Position numbers and translations under genes: made by a program. Positions 1 through 12,104 of a stretch of 64,000 bases of DNA are shown here, in pieces; position 1 is the stretch's first letter, and every line of letters begins with the position of its first letter. The notes beneath the pieces were generated by a model, which was not told the origin of the DNA, did no database searches, and worked only from the letters and a program-made list of their open reading frames with translations. Origin of the DNA: Octopus sinensis (lineage: Eukaryota); NCBI RefSeq assembly GCF_006345805.1, contig NC_042998.1, positions 107,508,001-107,572,000 of the forward strand. The letters run 5' to 3'.

Positions 1-652
1 GGTTAGTGTCACCACAATTGCAGTAATTTGGCTTTCTGCTTGTTACTATTACCCTCATATTTTGTATGCCTTTAATACGGAACTTGTATGGAAATTTTAA
101 TAAGTTTTTGAATGTGATTTGAACCTGAATATCTAGTTCAGTTCCCAGAGGATCTGAATTGGAGATTGAATTCTCATGGGAAAAAAGACCAAAATCTACT
201 ATCTACTACCTATCACCATTAAAATACATCAATTTAAGTTAGGCAGTACATTATGAATTGTCATTTTGGTAGAGTAATGACACATAGACAGAAATTAGGT
301 TACATTCCTCCAAGACACATGAGTTAATGGAGTGCTTTGTCATTAGAGGAACAAGACCTCTACCGACTTAAACAGTTTCCCTTTTCTGAGCTATCAAATG
401 GTGCACAAATCAATTTTCTGCTTATTCAGGACGAAGGTTTTGCACTTTGTTTATTTTTGTAACTGTGCTTCTCTGAACAATTTAGCTCATCTTCTACAAT
501 AACTATCAACCCAAGACTCTTTATATAAAGCTTCATCTACCTTATGTGTTCATTTTTTAACTAATGTGAATGTTCAGTCTAGGTGATGGTGGCTCTTATA
601 AATGAGCTACAATTTTTGGTGTTACTATCATTTTCATTATTACCTCTGCTAA

Positions 653-1115
653 TGACAAAAGGCCTCTTGCTCAGAGTAAAAAGTAGACTGTATGATGCAT
701 ATGTGTGAACAGCAATGCTACATGGCAGTGAAACATGGGCTGTGACTGCTGAGGACATGCATAAGCTTGCAAGGAATGAAGTAGTATGCTTTGCTGGATG
801 TGTAATGTCAGTGTGCATATACAACAGAGTGTAAGCTCCCTGAGGAAAAAGTTGAATATAAGAAGCATCAGATGTGGTGTGCAAGAGAGACAACTGCACG
901 GGTATGGTCATGTGTTGTGTTTGGATGAGGACAGCTGTGTGAAAAAGTGTCACACCCTAGCAGTAGAGGGAACCTGTGGAAAAGGTAGACCCAGGAAGCC
1001 ATGGGATGAGGTAGTGAAGCACAACCTTCAAACGTTGGGTCTCACTGAGGTGATGACAAGTAACCGAAACCTTTGGAGATATGCTGTGCTTGAGAAGACT
1101 TGGCAAGCCAAGTGA
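653..1115 (+). mobile_element. RTE-clade LINE 3' end
   Basis: RTAMLHGSETWAVTAED, SIRCGVQER.L.GYGHV, GRPRK.W.EVVK and LWRYAVLEKT. Confidence 0.9.
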
Positions 1116-1640
1116 GACCGTGGCTTATGCCAGTGCAGCATAACTAGTGGGTTGGAAGAGCAAATCTTGGGCAATAAACTGTGCTTATGAAGACCTGTTG
1201 AGTCAAGTGAAGTCATTGTGGCTGATGACATTACTGCCTGATAAGCACCTGTGCTGTTGGCATGCAAGAAAGCACCATTTGAGTGTGGTCAGTACCAGTA
1301 CTGGCTGACTGGTCCCAAGCCGGTGGCACATAAAACACACCATTTAAGTATAGTCATTGCCTGTGCCGCCTGACTAGCTTCTGTGCTGGTGGCATGTAAA
1401 AATCACCATTCAAGTGTGGTCGATGCCAGTATTGCGTGACTGGCCCTTGTGCCAGTGGCACGTAAAAAGTACCTACTACACTCTCGGAGTGGTTGGCATT
1501 TAGAAGGGCATCCAGCTGTAGAAACTTTGCCAGATCGGATTGGAGCCTAGTCCAGCTTTCTGGCTTACCAGCCCTCAGTCAAATTGTCCAACCCATGCCA
1601 GCATAGAAAGCAGATGTTAAACGATGATGATGATGATGCA
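1116..1640 (+). mobile_element. Abundant (GAT)n-tailed SINE-like family, representative copy (approximate)
   Basis: Core GGCACGTAAAAAGCACC...GAGTGGTTGGC.TTAGGAAGGGCATCCAGCTGTAGAAAC...AACCCATGCCAGCATGGAAA...TTAAACGATGATGAT. Further copies at about 11760-12010, 13223-13430, 15060-15270, 19894-20045, 20420-20738, 21720-22240, 33636-34260, 40150-40560, 43480-43670, 51400-51630, 51860-52600, 56150-56550, 58712-58975 and 63655-63885. Confidence 0.85.
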
Positions 1641-2548
1641 CTTTTCTTATTCTTTTTGTTTCTGTTATTGTTGATGATGCTGTTGCGTGTTTCATATAAC
1701 TTATTACTGACATTCTCAATCTTTTTGCTGTTGGTCTTGTTGATGTTGATATTTTTATTTTCTTCACCTATTTCCCTTCTTGTTATATTGTTGTTAGCAC
1801 TATTTTTAGTGTTGTATCTACCGTTTGTCGATAGTGACGAATTTATTATTGTTTATAATGGTGTTGTTTTTTTCTGCCTCACTGCTATGTCACACCATAT
1901 CATTGCTGGTGTTGTCAAAGTTTACACTTACACATTCGTTAATTTCTAATGAAATCTCCAGAAAAAAACAACATTTTGCTTTGACAAGCAAAAGTTTCAA
2001 GAAAGATAACAGCTTTAGCATCACTGTTACTATTCTTTGATTTCAAATGTCAAACTTGTTGACATTTTTGAATAAAATATTTGTCTGTTGAGAGGAAAAT
2101 AACTATATCTTATTAATTGATTTATAAGATACAGCAGTTTGAAGGCCAGCAATTTCGTGGAAGGGGTAAGTCAATTACATTGATCCCAGTACTCAAGTGG
2201 TACTTATTTTATTGACTCCGAAAGGATGAAAGGCAAAGTTGACCCCAGCAGCAGCATTTGAACTCAGAATGTGGAGATGGACGAAATGCTACTAAGCATT
2301 TTGCCAAGCATTTTTAATGCTTCTGCTAGCTTGCTGCCTTTCTGTATCTTATTAATTAGAGGAAACAAGAACATTCTTCAAGATTGTCCTTTACTATAAT
2401 AAAAATTCTGATTTTTGTTGGAAAAATTTATGAAACAAATGTAAGTTTAAGAAGCATCAATGTTTATCGTTGATGCAGTTCAGAGACAATTTATAATAAT
2501 AATCCTTTCTTTATTGGTTACAAGGTTCCATACATGCCAAACAAAATA

Positions 2549-3840
2549 CGAGGGGTGTTCAATAAGTAATGACTTTGACCCACTTGCAGTTGTTTGATCT
2601 AGCTGAAAATTTACATGTGCAATTATTTATATCTCTATAGATTAAGTGGCAAATTACAGCTCTGAACTAATTGTGGTTTCTGATATACAGGTGTTTGAAC
2701 TGAGTCAAGTGTGAAATGGAGCCTGTTGAGTGTCGAGCAGTGATCCGGTTTTTGTATTTGAAAGGATGCACACCACGGGAGACTTTTGATGAAATGAAAG
2801 TAACTTATGGTGATGATGCCCCATCATATGACCTTGTAAAACGCTGGCATCGTGAATTCAAACATGGTTGGAACTCTGTGGAAACAGCTCCCAGATCTGG
2901 TCGTCCCCCTTCTGCCATTGATGAGGCATCTGTCCGTCAAGTTGAGGCTGCCATTTTGGAAGATCGACGCATAACTATTCGCCAAATAGCCCATGAAGTC
3001 AAGTTTAATACCGGGTCTGTGGAAACTATCATTCATGACCATTTGCATATGCAAAAGGTGTCTGCCAGATGGATTCCCAGGTTGCTCACACCTTTCCAGA
3101 AGCAAGAACGCGTTGAGTGCTTGAGGATGAATTTGGAGATGTGCCAAGAAGATGAGCCAAAATTTTTCAAAAGACAGATTACACAGGATGAAACCTGGGT
3201 CCATCACTTTGATCCAGAGACCAAAGCCCAGTCAATGCAGTGGATGCTCCGTGACTCACCTCCTCCAAAGAAGGCAAGGGTGCAGCCCTCCGCTGGCAAG
3301 GTCATGCTCACAGTCTTCTGGGACCAGGACGGAGTAGTGATGACAGATTTCCTGGCAAAGGGTACCACAATTACAGGAGCCTATTATGCTTCACGTTTGA
3401 GGAAATTAAGAGAAGCTATCAAAATCAAGAGGCGGGGCAAGATCAGCAAAGGCATCCTCCTCCTGCAGGACAACGCTCCGGTCTACAACTCGCGTGTCGC
3501 CAGATCAGAAGCACAGGCGTGCGGCTATTAACTCCTCCCCCATCCCCCTACTCTCCTGACCTTGCACCCTCTGATTTTCACCTCTTCCCAGCCATGAAGT
3601 TGTTTTTGAAAGGAAAGCATTTCCCAGATGATGCAGCCTTGATTTCTGAAGTCACATCGTGGTTGGAGGACCAAGCTGGGGTCTTCTACAAAAACGGTCT
3701 CCAGAGTTGCATCAAACGATGGGAGAAATGTGTAACTCTGAGTGGTTCCTATGTAGAAAAAGACCAATAACTGTGCCAAGTTTCGTTGCTCTACTGCTAT
3801 GGGAAGTGGGTCAGGGGCATTACTTATTGAACGCCTCTCG
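2549..3840 (+). mobile_element. Full-length mariner (Tc1/mariner DD34D) DNA transposon, 1292 bp
   Basis: About 37-bp TIRs (CGAGGGGTGTTCAATAAGTAATGACTTTGACCCACTT and reverse complement CGAGAGGCGTTCAATAAGTAATGCCCCTGACCCACTT). TA target duplications at 2547-2548 and 3841-3842. Confidence 0.97.
2716..3770 (+). pseudogene. Mariner transposase with one nonsense codon (3529-3531) and a 1-bp deletion near 3549
   Basis: HTH region, WIPRLL, QDETW (D1), LQDNAP (D2) and SPDLAPSD (D3). D2 to D3 spacing is 34 once the frame is repaired. Confidence 0.95.
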
Positions 3841-4739
3841 TATGTTATAAAATGTGTTACAAAATGAGATGTGAGTATGTGTGTGTGTGTACGTACCCAC
3901 CTGCTTGTCTGTCTTTCAACCTGCTGTGTGTATATCTGTCTGCCTTCTCATCATTTTTTTCACATCTGCTTTCCATACTGGCATTGGTTAGATGGTCTGA
4001 CATGATCCAGTGGGTTGGAAGAGCAAATCTTGGTTTTGGTATGTTTCTATGGTTGGGCGACCTTTCTAATGCTACCCACTTTACAGAGTGTACTGGGTGC
4101 TTTTTTCTTAGCACTTACACAAGTGAGGTTTCCTTGTAACCTACATACCTCCTTGATTGAAAGAGAGAGTAATAGAGAGGGAGGTGATAGGGAAACATAA
4201 TACATTATATTAAGAAAGATTGAAAATCTGATACGTAAAACAAGCACAGAAAAGTGTAAGTGGCCCATGCAGAGGGGTGAAGCCACTGCTTAGGTTGGAT
4301 CAGACCACTTTGCTCTGATTGTCCTCTAACTACTACTGAGCAATTACCCACTTAGCTAAGTTAGGCCTGATATCTTCTGTGGTTTGATATCTCAGCTGAA
4401 TGTTCATAACATTAACGCACTCTGTCGTGGTAGATACCCGTTTGGTTCAAGGTTCATTAAGACCTAAGCAATAACACTGTGACAACTATTTTAACGAAGA
4501 AAACAAAATTCTCGTCGAGCCTATGCGAGTGTTTCTAGACGGTTACATGATCGGCTAGAAATAACAGTTAAATCTTCAAATCACATCCTACCATCGTAAA
4601 AGAGAAGGTAATCTTATATTCAGTATTTTTGACATGAATAGACATAGCTTGAACGTCTCTGTTCATGTGTCTGCTAGATAAGGACTAAGCTAACTTAAGA
4701 CTGAACAACGTTCTCAAATATGTTATATTTTGTGTGGGA

Positions 4740-4947
4740 GACACTTCGTAAATGACACCGGCTTCCTAATAAAAAGTATAAAAACTTTTTTTTAAAAACT
4801 TCTTTACGAAAACTGTCAGATGTAAATATATCTATTCGATTAGCGAACATAACATTTTTGGACGGCAACAGCAGCTCTATATTATTGAACTTCCGGGTGG
4901 AAAACAGTGATTTAGGTTAAAGTTTTGTGGTCTTGGCGGTTGCCAGC
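4740..4947 (+). promoter_or_regulatory. Probable TMEM181 promoter / 5' UTR with ETS (GABPA-type) motif ACTTCCGG at 4889-4896
   Basis: Immediately upstream of the ATG. CpG dinucleotides are visibly more frequent across about 4400-6530 than in the flanking CpG-poor DNA. No TATA box seen. Confidence 0.55.
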
Positions 4948-4970
4948 ATGGCACCTCGCGAAATTGAAAT
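4948..4970 (+). CDS. TMEM181: TMEM181 coding exon 1 (MAPREIE+AT, phase 2)
   Basis: ATG at 4948 in context GCCAGCATGG, followed by a perfect donor AT|GTAAGT. Joins in frame to exon 2 to give MAPREIEISVQMRLY. Lies in a CpG-rich stretch. Confidence 0.8.
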
Positions 4971-6110
4971 GTAAGTTTAAAATATATAAATAATTAGTTT
5001 GTATAATTCGTAAAATAAGGTAAGTTGTTGGAGGAAAGATCCTGCTATTTGAAATGTCAGAATTCACCTCAAAACGCAACTTATTTTGTTTTACGAAGTT
5101 TATGAAAAGTTTTTCTTTCGCCTTATTTCTTCTTTATATAGTGAAAGTTTTACGCGAATTTTAAAACTAAAATGTTGATTTCCTACCACACGGGCTGATG
5201 GTGGTATTAAGTCTACCCTAGTACATGTCTGGTATTTATCTTATCAACCATATACAATGTATTATTTATCGAAAAGTTAGGAAACACGAATATCTGCAAA
5301 CTTAGAAGTTGTATATATACTCGAGATGATAAATTACTGAGGGACAACATTCAGTCTAAGAAACACTTCTACTTTTTATAAGTTCATACACCCACTTGTT
5401 GATTTGTTAAGGATGGGCGAACATTGCAGTCTGGTTTCGAACCCGCACATCTTTATTGTGGAAAATAACCCTACGAAAACACTACTATCGCCACTTGTTA
5501 TAATTTGAATGCAACACACACACACTGTGCTTTATGTTTAAGTATACACGAGGCCCGTGAAACCTTAACTAAAGAAGCACACGATACATAGAGGTAGAGC
5601 TTGAGAGGTATTTTCACAAGGAAAAATACTGACAGTGACCTCGAAGTTTCGGCGGTACTCGGCCTCGTTATTTCAAATGTGTCTTGGCGTTTCCCCCTAC
5701 TTTTTTTTTTTTTAAACTCCTAACAGAAATAAAACAATTTATCTGTAAGAAGTTCTAATGAAAACTTTGTAGTGTATTATAGAGTTAGTAAAAGACGGGG
5801 AGAAAATTGTGTTGTAAAGATAAAAATACAAGTTATTTTGGATATCTTATTTGATTAACTTATTTCGTTTTACTACGGTTCTGAAGAAATACACAACTCG
5901 TTTTTAACGTTTTCTTAAGCTTTATTTAGAAACAATCAAAATATTCTGTTTTATATTACATTTTGCCCTTATATCGAAAGAATGCCTACTTTAATTTTGT
6001 TATGAGTTGACATTTTCTTCATTTATACACACACACACTTATATATGCACCTTCTGCTTTATAATATATATATATGTGTGCACAGAGTTTGTTTTTACAG
6101 CTAACTAACC

Positions 6111-6533
6111 AAATGAACCAATTTTTACTTGTCAAAATTTTGTGTTACTTCCTTATTTCAAGCAGACCTGGACAAACTACCGTCGGCAGGACTTAACGAA
6201 AAATTACTTTGAAGTTTTTTAGTAGTGTGGCTCGTCTGATGATGAGCTGTCTCAAGCGGTTCGCTTCTCGAAAAAGAGTTGCCCATGTTTGATTTAGGGC
6301 GTGAAGTTAGGTACAAAATAAATGAACCAATTTTTACTTGTCAAAATTTTGCGTTACTTCCTTATTTCAAGCAAACATGGACAAACTACCGTCGGCAGGA
6401 CTTAACGAAAAATTACTTTGAAGTTTTTTAGTAGTGTGACTCGTCTGATGATGAGCTGTCTCAAGCGGTTCGCTTCTCGAAAAAGAGTTGCCCATGTTTG
6501 ATTTAGGGCGTGAAGTTAGGTACAAAATAAATG
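6111..6533. repeat. 209-bp direct tandem duplication (2 copies, 4 substitutions)
   Basis: Copy 1 at 6111-6319 and copy 2 at 6320-6528, with AAATG repeated at the junction and at the end. Confidence 0.95.
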
Positions 6534-6825
6534 TAAAGTAATTCTAAGGTATATTCCAATATTTTTTAAAGAATACCAATGATACAGAGAGGTGGGGAAA
6601 GTTTCAGTTCAAATACTAATCAATGATACAGTTCATAAAATATGAATCAGTTTTTCTACTCACTATATTTCGTGTGTGAAACTATAATGTATTTTTATTT
6701 AGTATGTAGAACCTTCTCCCGAGCTTATTTTCCCTCAAACATATTATTGATACTCTTAAACAGCATCGCTACATTCCCTCTATATTTACATTATGTATAA
6801 ATATATATAAACTTTTTTTTTTATT

Positions 6826-7200
6826 ACTCTTTTGGTTCTTTCAGTCATTTGACTGCAGCCATGCTGGGGTACCGCCTCGGAAGGTTTTACTGGAACAAAT
6901 GGACCCCAGGACTTATTTTGTTTTTAAAACCTGGTACTTATTCTATCGGTCACTATTTGCCGGACCGCTAAGTTACGGAGATGTAAATACAACACCTGTT
7001 GTCAAGCGATGGGGGAATATAAACACACACATACACACAACGGGCTTCTTTCAGTTTCCGTCTATCAAATCTACTCACAAGGCTTTGATCGGCCCGAGGC
7101 TATAGCAGAAGACACTTGCCCAAAGTGCCACACATTGGGATTGAACCTGGAACCATGTGGTTGGGAAGCAATTTTCTTACTACACAGCCACGCCTGCGCC
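6826..7200 (-). mobile_element. Second abundant SINE family, representative copy (approximate)
   Basis: TTCAGTCATTTGACTGC.GCCATGCTGG...TTCCGTCTA.CAAATC.ACTCACAAGGCTTTG...GAAGACACTTGCCCAA. Related copies at about 20050-20325, 22250-22400, 46780-46930 and 49590-49962. Confidence 0.8.
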
Positions 7201-7308
7201 AAAAATGTAAAAATGACAATTCAGTCTCCAGCACATACTTATCTCAGTTGATAATTCCAAACTTTTTCAGCAATGCGTTTTCTGTTCAGCTGTCAATATT
7301 GTGATCAG

Positions 7309-7380
7309 TATATATATATATATATATATATAATATAAATAATATAAATAATATAAATATATATATATATAATATAAATA

Positions 7381-7414
<34 letters not shown>

Positions 7415-7776
7415 AATATAAAATAATATAAATAATATATATATATATATATAAATATAAAATAATATAAATATATATATATATAATATATATATATAAA
7501 TATAAAATAATATAATAATATATATATATATATATATAAATATAAAATAATATAAATATATATATATATATATATAAATATAAAATAATATATATAATAT
7601 ATATATAATATAAAATAATATAATAATATATATATATATATATATATATAATATAAAATAATATATATAATATATATATATAATATAAATATAAAATAAT
7701 ATAAATAATATATATATATATATATAAATATAAAATAATATAAATAATATATATATATATAATATATATATAAATA

Positions 7777-7819
<43 letters not shown>

Positions 7820-8008
7820 AATAATATATATATATATAAATATAAAATAATATAAATAATATAAATAATATATATATATATATATAAATATAAAATAATA
7901 TATATATATATATAAATATAAAATAATATAAATAATATATATATATAAATATAAAATAATATAATTGCATATATATAAATATAAAATAATATAAATAATA
8001 TATATATG
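7309..8008. repeat. Pure A/T compound satellite
   Basis: No G or C seen from 7309 to 7966. A recurring TATAAATATAAAATAATAT unit is interleaved with (TA)n. Confidence 0.95.
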
Positions 8009-9061
8009 TACATACTTACATCTCTACGCATACATATATGCATATGTGGGCACAGGACGTCACGAAACGTGTACAACAAAAAATACGAAGTACGAGCATA
8101 TGGAATATGAACTGTTTTTTCAAACAATGTTATACACAAATGGAAAACAATATAAAGAACGACCTTTCATCAGTTGTTGGCTGTTTTTCTACTCTTGTAT
8201 TTTGAGCATTTCACAACAAGATATGCTTTCGATAAAACAGTTGCTCCTGCAAAGCAAATTAAATAAACTTTGGGGTTTTGCGGAGGGTCAAAATTGGTAA
8301 CAAAAACAGGACAGTGAAAACAAACAGAAAGGGCTGCTAAGCCTAAACAAGGTTATATATATGTATATGCTGATGGCAGGTTCATTGTGTCTGAAGATCA
8401 TGAGAAAGAGCAGCACACCTTCAAATGACTATGTAAACTGATTCTTGATGCTTCATGGGCATATCTTCCTGCCTGCACTTACTAGTTTTAAAGAGGAAAT
8501 CAGTCTGCACAGTCTGATCCCACTTTTTAGACTTGGAGGTCTGACCAGGGTGGCTTAGCAGGCTAAGACAGTTGTGGTGACCAGCAAGCTATAGGTTCTA
8601 CCTTGGAGTAGCCTTTTAGATGAATTGCCTTACAGGGCTTGAAAGCTCCACCTATCCGGAAGGGTGTCAAAGAGGGCACCAGACTGCTTGAGGGACTCCA
8701 CTCCTTGATTTGCTGTCAGGGTTGACTCCTCTAGTCTTTTCCTTTCCCAAAGCACTCACAAGGTAGTGAGGGCTTGAATTTGATATTTCTTCCAAAACAT
8801 GCTAATTAACCTATAGCTGGGACCCTGGCAGGTGCTACTACTGCTGGGAACAATAGCAGCTTAGAGGTGGTTCCACATACCTTGAAACCCTAGAACTTTT
8901 GGACCAGGGCTCAACTACTTACCCAGGACGGACACACACACACATATGCACAGATGTTATTCCTTGTTGCCTTTATGAATGTGTAATCTTGTTTACTTTA
9001 CATATCTGAATATATCTTGAAGCTGATTTTAAATAATATTTGCTCATATTTTTTTCCACAG

Positions 9062-9165
9062 ATCAGTTCAGATGCGACTATACAGTCTCAATAAACGGCA
9101 GTTTGTTTTGGTCTTTGCCACTTTCTTTCTTTTCTTTGGAGTCAGTGTCCTTATAGGTGTAGCAG
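9062..9165 (+). CDS. TMEM181: TMEM181 coding exon 2 (SVQMRLYSLNKRQFVLVFATFFLFFGVSVLIGVA; first TM helix)
   Basis: TTTTTCCACAG acceptor, CAG|GTATGT donor. Matches the TMEM181 motif MRLYTLSKRHFVLVF as recalled for human. Confidence 0.95.
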
Positions 9166-9849
9166 GTATGTATCTTTGATAAATCTTAACTATTGCTTAT
9201 GCTATATCTTCTAAAGTCAGTACATTAACTTATTTAAACCAACTAAGCAGTTTATGTGGTTATTCAGCCTACTATTAATAGCAGCTAAAATATCTCATTT
9301 AATGTCTGTCTTCCGTGCTGACATGGGTTGAACTATATCTGTATAATAGCTATCACATGCAAGTTATAAGGTTATGCTAACACACACACGAGATGAAAAA
9401 TAAATGAAAAAAACCTGTAAAAGGGTGGATGAACTTACACACACACACACACACTAGACAGACTTTCTATAACTCCTGTCTACCAAATTCACCCACAAGG
9501 TATAGTAGAAAATACTTGCCTAAGATTCTGTGCTGTAGGACTGAACCCTAAGTCCACATAGTTGTGAAATGAACTTTATAACCATACAGCTATGCCTGCA
9601 CCTATGTATATATTGGATAAATAACTCAAGAAAGAGACCTATGCAGTTACTTGTTCTGCTAGTAATAGCAGCCAAATCTCCTTCAAATCACATCTTCAAA
9701 AAAAAGGAATAACACATTAGATTGGGGAGAGTCATTCTCTTTTAGTGCCTTATAATTTAACACACTCACCAGTAAAATTTCCACTCATTTCCTTTATTTT
9801 TCTAAAATTTTCGTTGCATCTTGCAATCTTTTCAATAGTTTTGACTCTG

Positions 9850-10190
9850 TCCATTATTCACACTGTTCTTTTTGTTTGTTTGTGCGCATGTGTGTGGGTC
9901 AGTGTGTGTGTGCATGTGCATATACATGCATGTATGTATGTATGTATGCATGAATGTGTGTGTGCGTGCATATGTATATATGTACATATTCTGCATATTC
10001 ATGTGTTTGTGTGTCTGTTTTTGTGTGTGTGTGTACCTCTGTCTCCTTGTTTGCATGTCTGTGTGTGTGTGTGTGTGTGTGTGTATGTAAGTGTGTGTGT
10101 CTGAGTTTTTTGCAACTATGTACTGTGTTTGTATGTATGGATGTGTATCTCCATATGTGTGGACATGTGTCTCCATGTGTCCTTGTGTGA
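9850..10190. repeat. Compound (TG)n/(TATG)n simple repeat
   Basis: Direct reading. Explains the ORFs at 9745-10212. Confidence 0.9.
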
Positions 10191-12104
10191 AGTAAAGTGT
10201 CTGAGTAAACATGTCTACTGGATCAATAACAATTTCATCTGTTTGAAAGGGCTTGAAAAGGTTATGTAGACTGCCTATACTCCATGTGAGATTAAATAAT
10301 TTGAAAATAAGCTAAAGTCTTGTATTTTAAGGCAGATCTTCCCCACTCATTCCTGTTTGAAAGGGCTTGAGGGAGATGCAGGAAGATATAGGACAAAGTG
10401 GTGAAAGTTGATCTCACAATCGTGGTGATGACAACGGGCTGGGATGACTGGTGATAGGCAAGTTTTAAGAAGACCCACTCTTGTGACACTGAGCTCTGGT
10501 AGAGCTGTATCTTCTCCCTCTCTCATACACGCACACACAATCATCATCATCATATGTCTGTTGTTCATGCTGGCATGGGTTGGAATATGCACAACTGGGC
10601 TCTTTACCCAATTTCCTGCCTTCTTCCCACCATCACCATAACTGCAGCTCTTCCTCGATACCACTTTTATTACTATCCACAACAATTTCACTTGTTATTT
10701 ACGTTTCATCAATATCATTCTCTGTACCCATTCCCATTGACTTCTTTTCCCCACTACTACTGAACCATCAAATTGTCTCTCTTCCCCAACAACCATACAT
10801 CTCTAACCCTCTTCAAACACTACACCTGTCACTCTTCCCCACTCATTCCTGTAACCTATCCAAGATTATCCCCCTCTCATTCTTCTATCTGCTATTTTAT
10901 GATTTCTGTTCTGCTGCTTTACACTGTCATTCATTTCCTACTTTCTCAGTTTCTGCCTCACTCGTTTTTACCCATGTTGTACCTTTAGTGTCCACCCTGA
11001 TACTTCATCACAATTATTTTTAATTGCTTCATTACTTCCCATCTCAGCTTGACCACTCCTGATGACAATGGTATATACATATATTTGGCAGTTCTCTTAA
11101 ATAATTTTGATAAATAGGTTTGTGTGCATGTGATGAATTGTTTAATTGTTTGAGTTGAGTCATATTTGTGTGATCAATCTCTTAACTGACTGTATTATGT
11201 CATATGTTGTATGAATCCTCTACCTGACTGGTTTTATATATTGTCCTGTACTTCCTCGGCTTGTCCATCTATCCTCTTAATAGTAGAAAGAGAGAGAGAG
11301 AGAAGCCTTTTTAGTCTTACTAAGAACCATGGCTCTGAAGTGCTGGTATCGCAATAAAATGCACCCAGTATACCTTGTAAATAGTTGGTAATAGGAAGGT
11401 ATCCAACTATAGAAGACCTACCAAAAATGTAATGCATGAGAAAGATGTGGTTTCCAAATAAGTAACCCCAAATAAGAATTGATGTGGTCCATGACAATTC
11501 ATGCAGTAGTTTACCATATGAAGTGTGTGACATTGTAGGTATGTCATATGGCCTTTACTGTTCGGTCATTTGCTGCGTACCAGTACATTTTGGTGGTAGC
11601 CATTACAGTAGAAGGTAACTTTGCAACAATAGTTGTTTCTTTGCATTAATTGCTGATATCAGTAATTGAGGTTGACTCTTTGTCTTAAATTTGAGATATA
11701 TTGTGACAACTAAAAGTGCAAAATAAGTTTTAGAGCTGAAGGAGTTTTAGTGAAGTTATTGGTTTTGCTGGCATGGGTTTGACAGGAGCTGGCCAGACAG
11801 GAGACTGTACCAGACTTCTGTGTCTGTTTTGGCAGGTTTTTATAGCTGGATGCCCTTCCTAACACCATCTACCCTGCAGAGTGGTCTGAGTGCTTTTTAC
11901 GTGGCACAAGCACAGGCGAGATCAGTTTGGCATGGTTTTTACAGCTGGATGCCCTTCCAAATGTCATCCTCTTTACAGTGTGGACTGGATGCTTTTTAAG
12001 TGGCACCAGCACATGAAAAACAATCAGTCACACATTACTTCCCCCTCCCTTCAGCTTTTATCAAGATATGAAATAATTATAGGAATTTTTCTTTATCTTT
12101 CAAG

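Noticed and set aside
1584-1949. Hydrophobic 121-aa ORF resembling a membrane protein
   Set aside because: It starts inside a SINE tail and runs through T-rich low-complexity DNA, with no splice or homology support.
6225-6280. CTGATGA...CGAAA in the 209-bp unit as a hammerhead ribozyme or C/D snoRNA
   Set aside because: There is an extra U before stem II, no credible stem I, and no downstream CTGA D box. The H/ACA hairpin geometry also does not fit.
7267-8139. 290-aa and 221-aa Tyr/Ile-rich ORFs
   Set aside because: They are translations of the pure AT satellite.
8130-8190. Minus-strand CTGATGA in a Penelope-like repeat as a third hammerhead
   Set aside because: No closable stem II followed by GAAA and NUH was found.
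9745-10212. Cys/Val- and Thr/His-rich ORFs
   Set aside because: They are translations of (TG)n/(TATG)n repeats. The same applies at 35178-35387 and 56336-56846.
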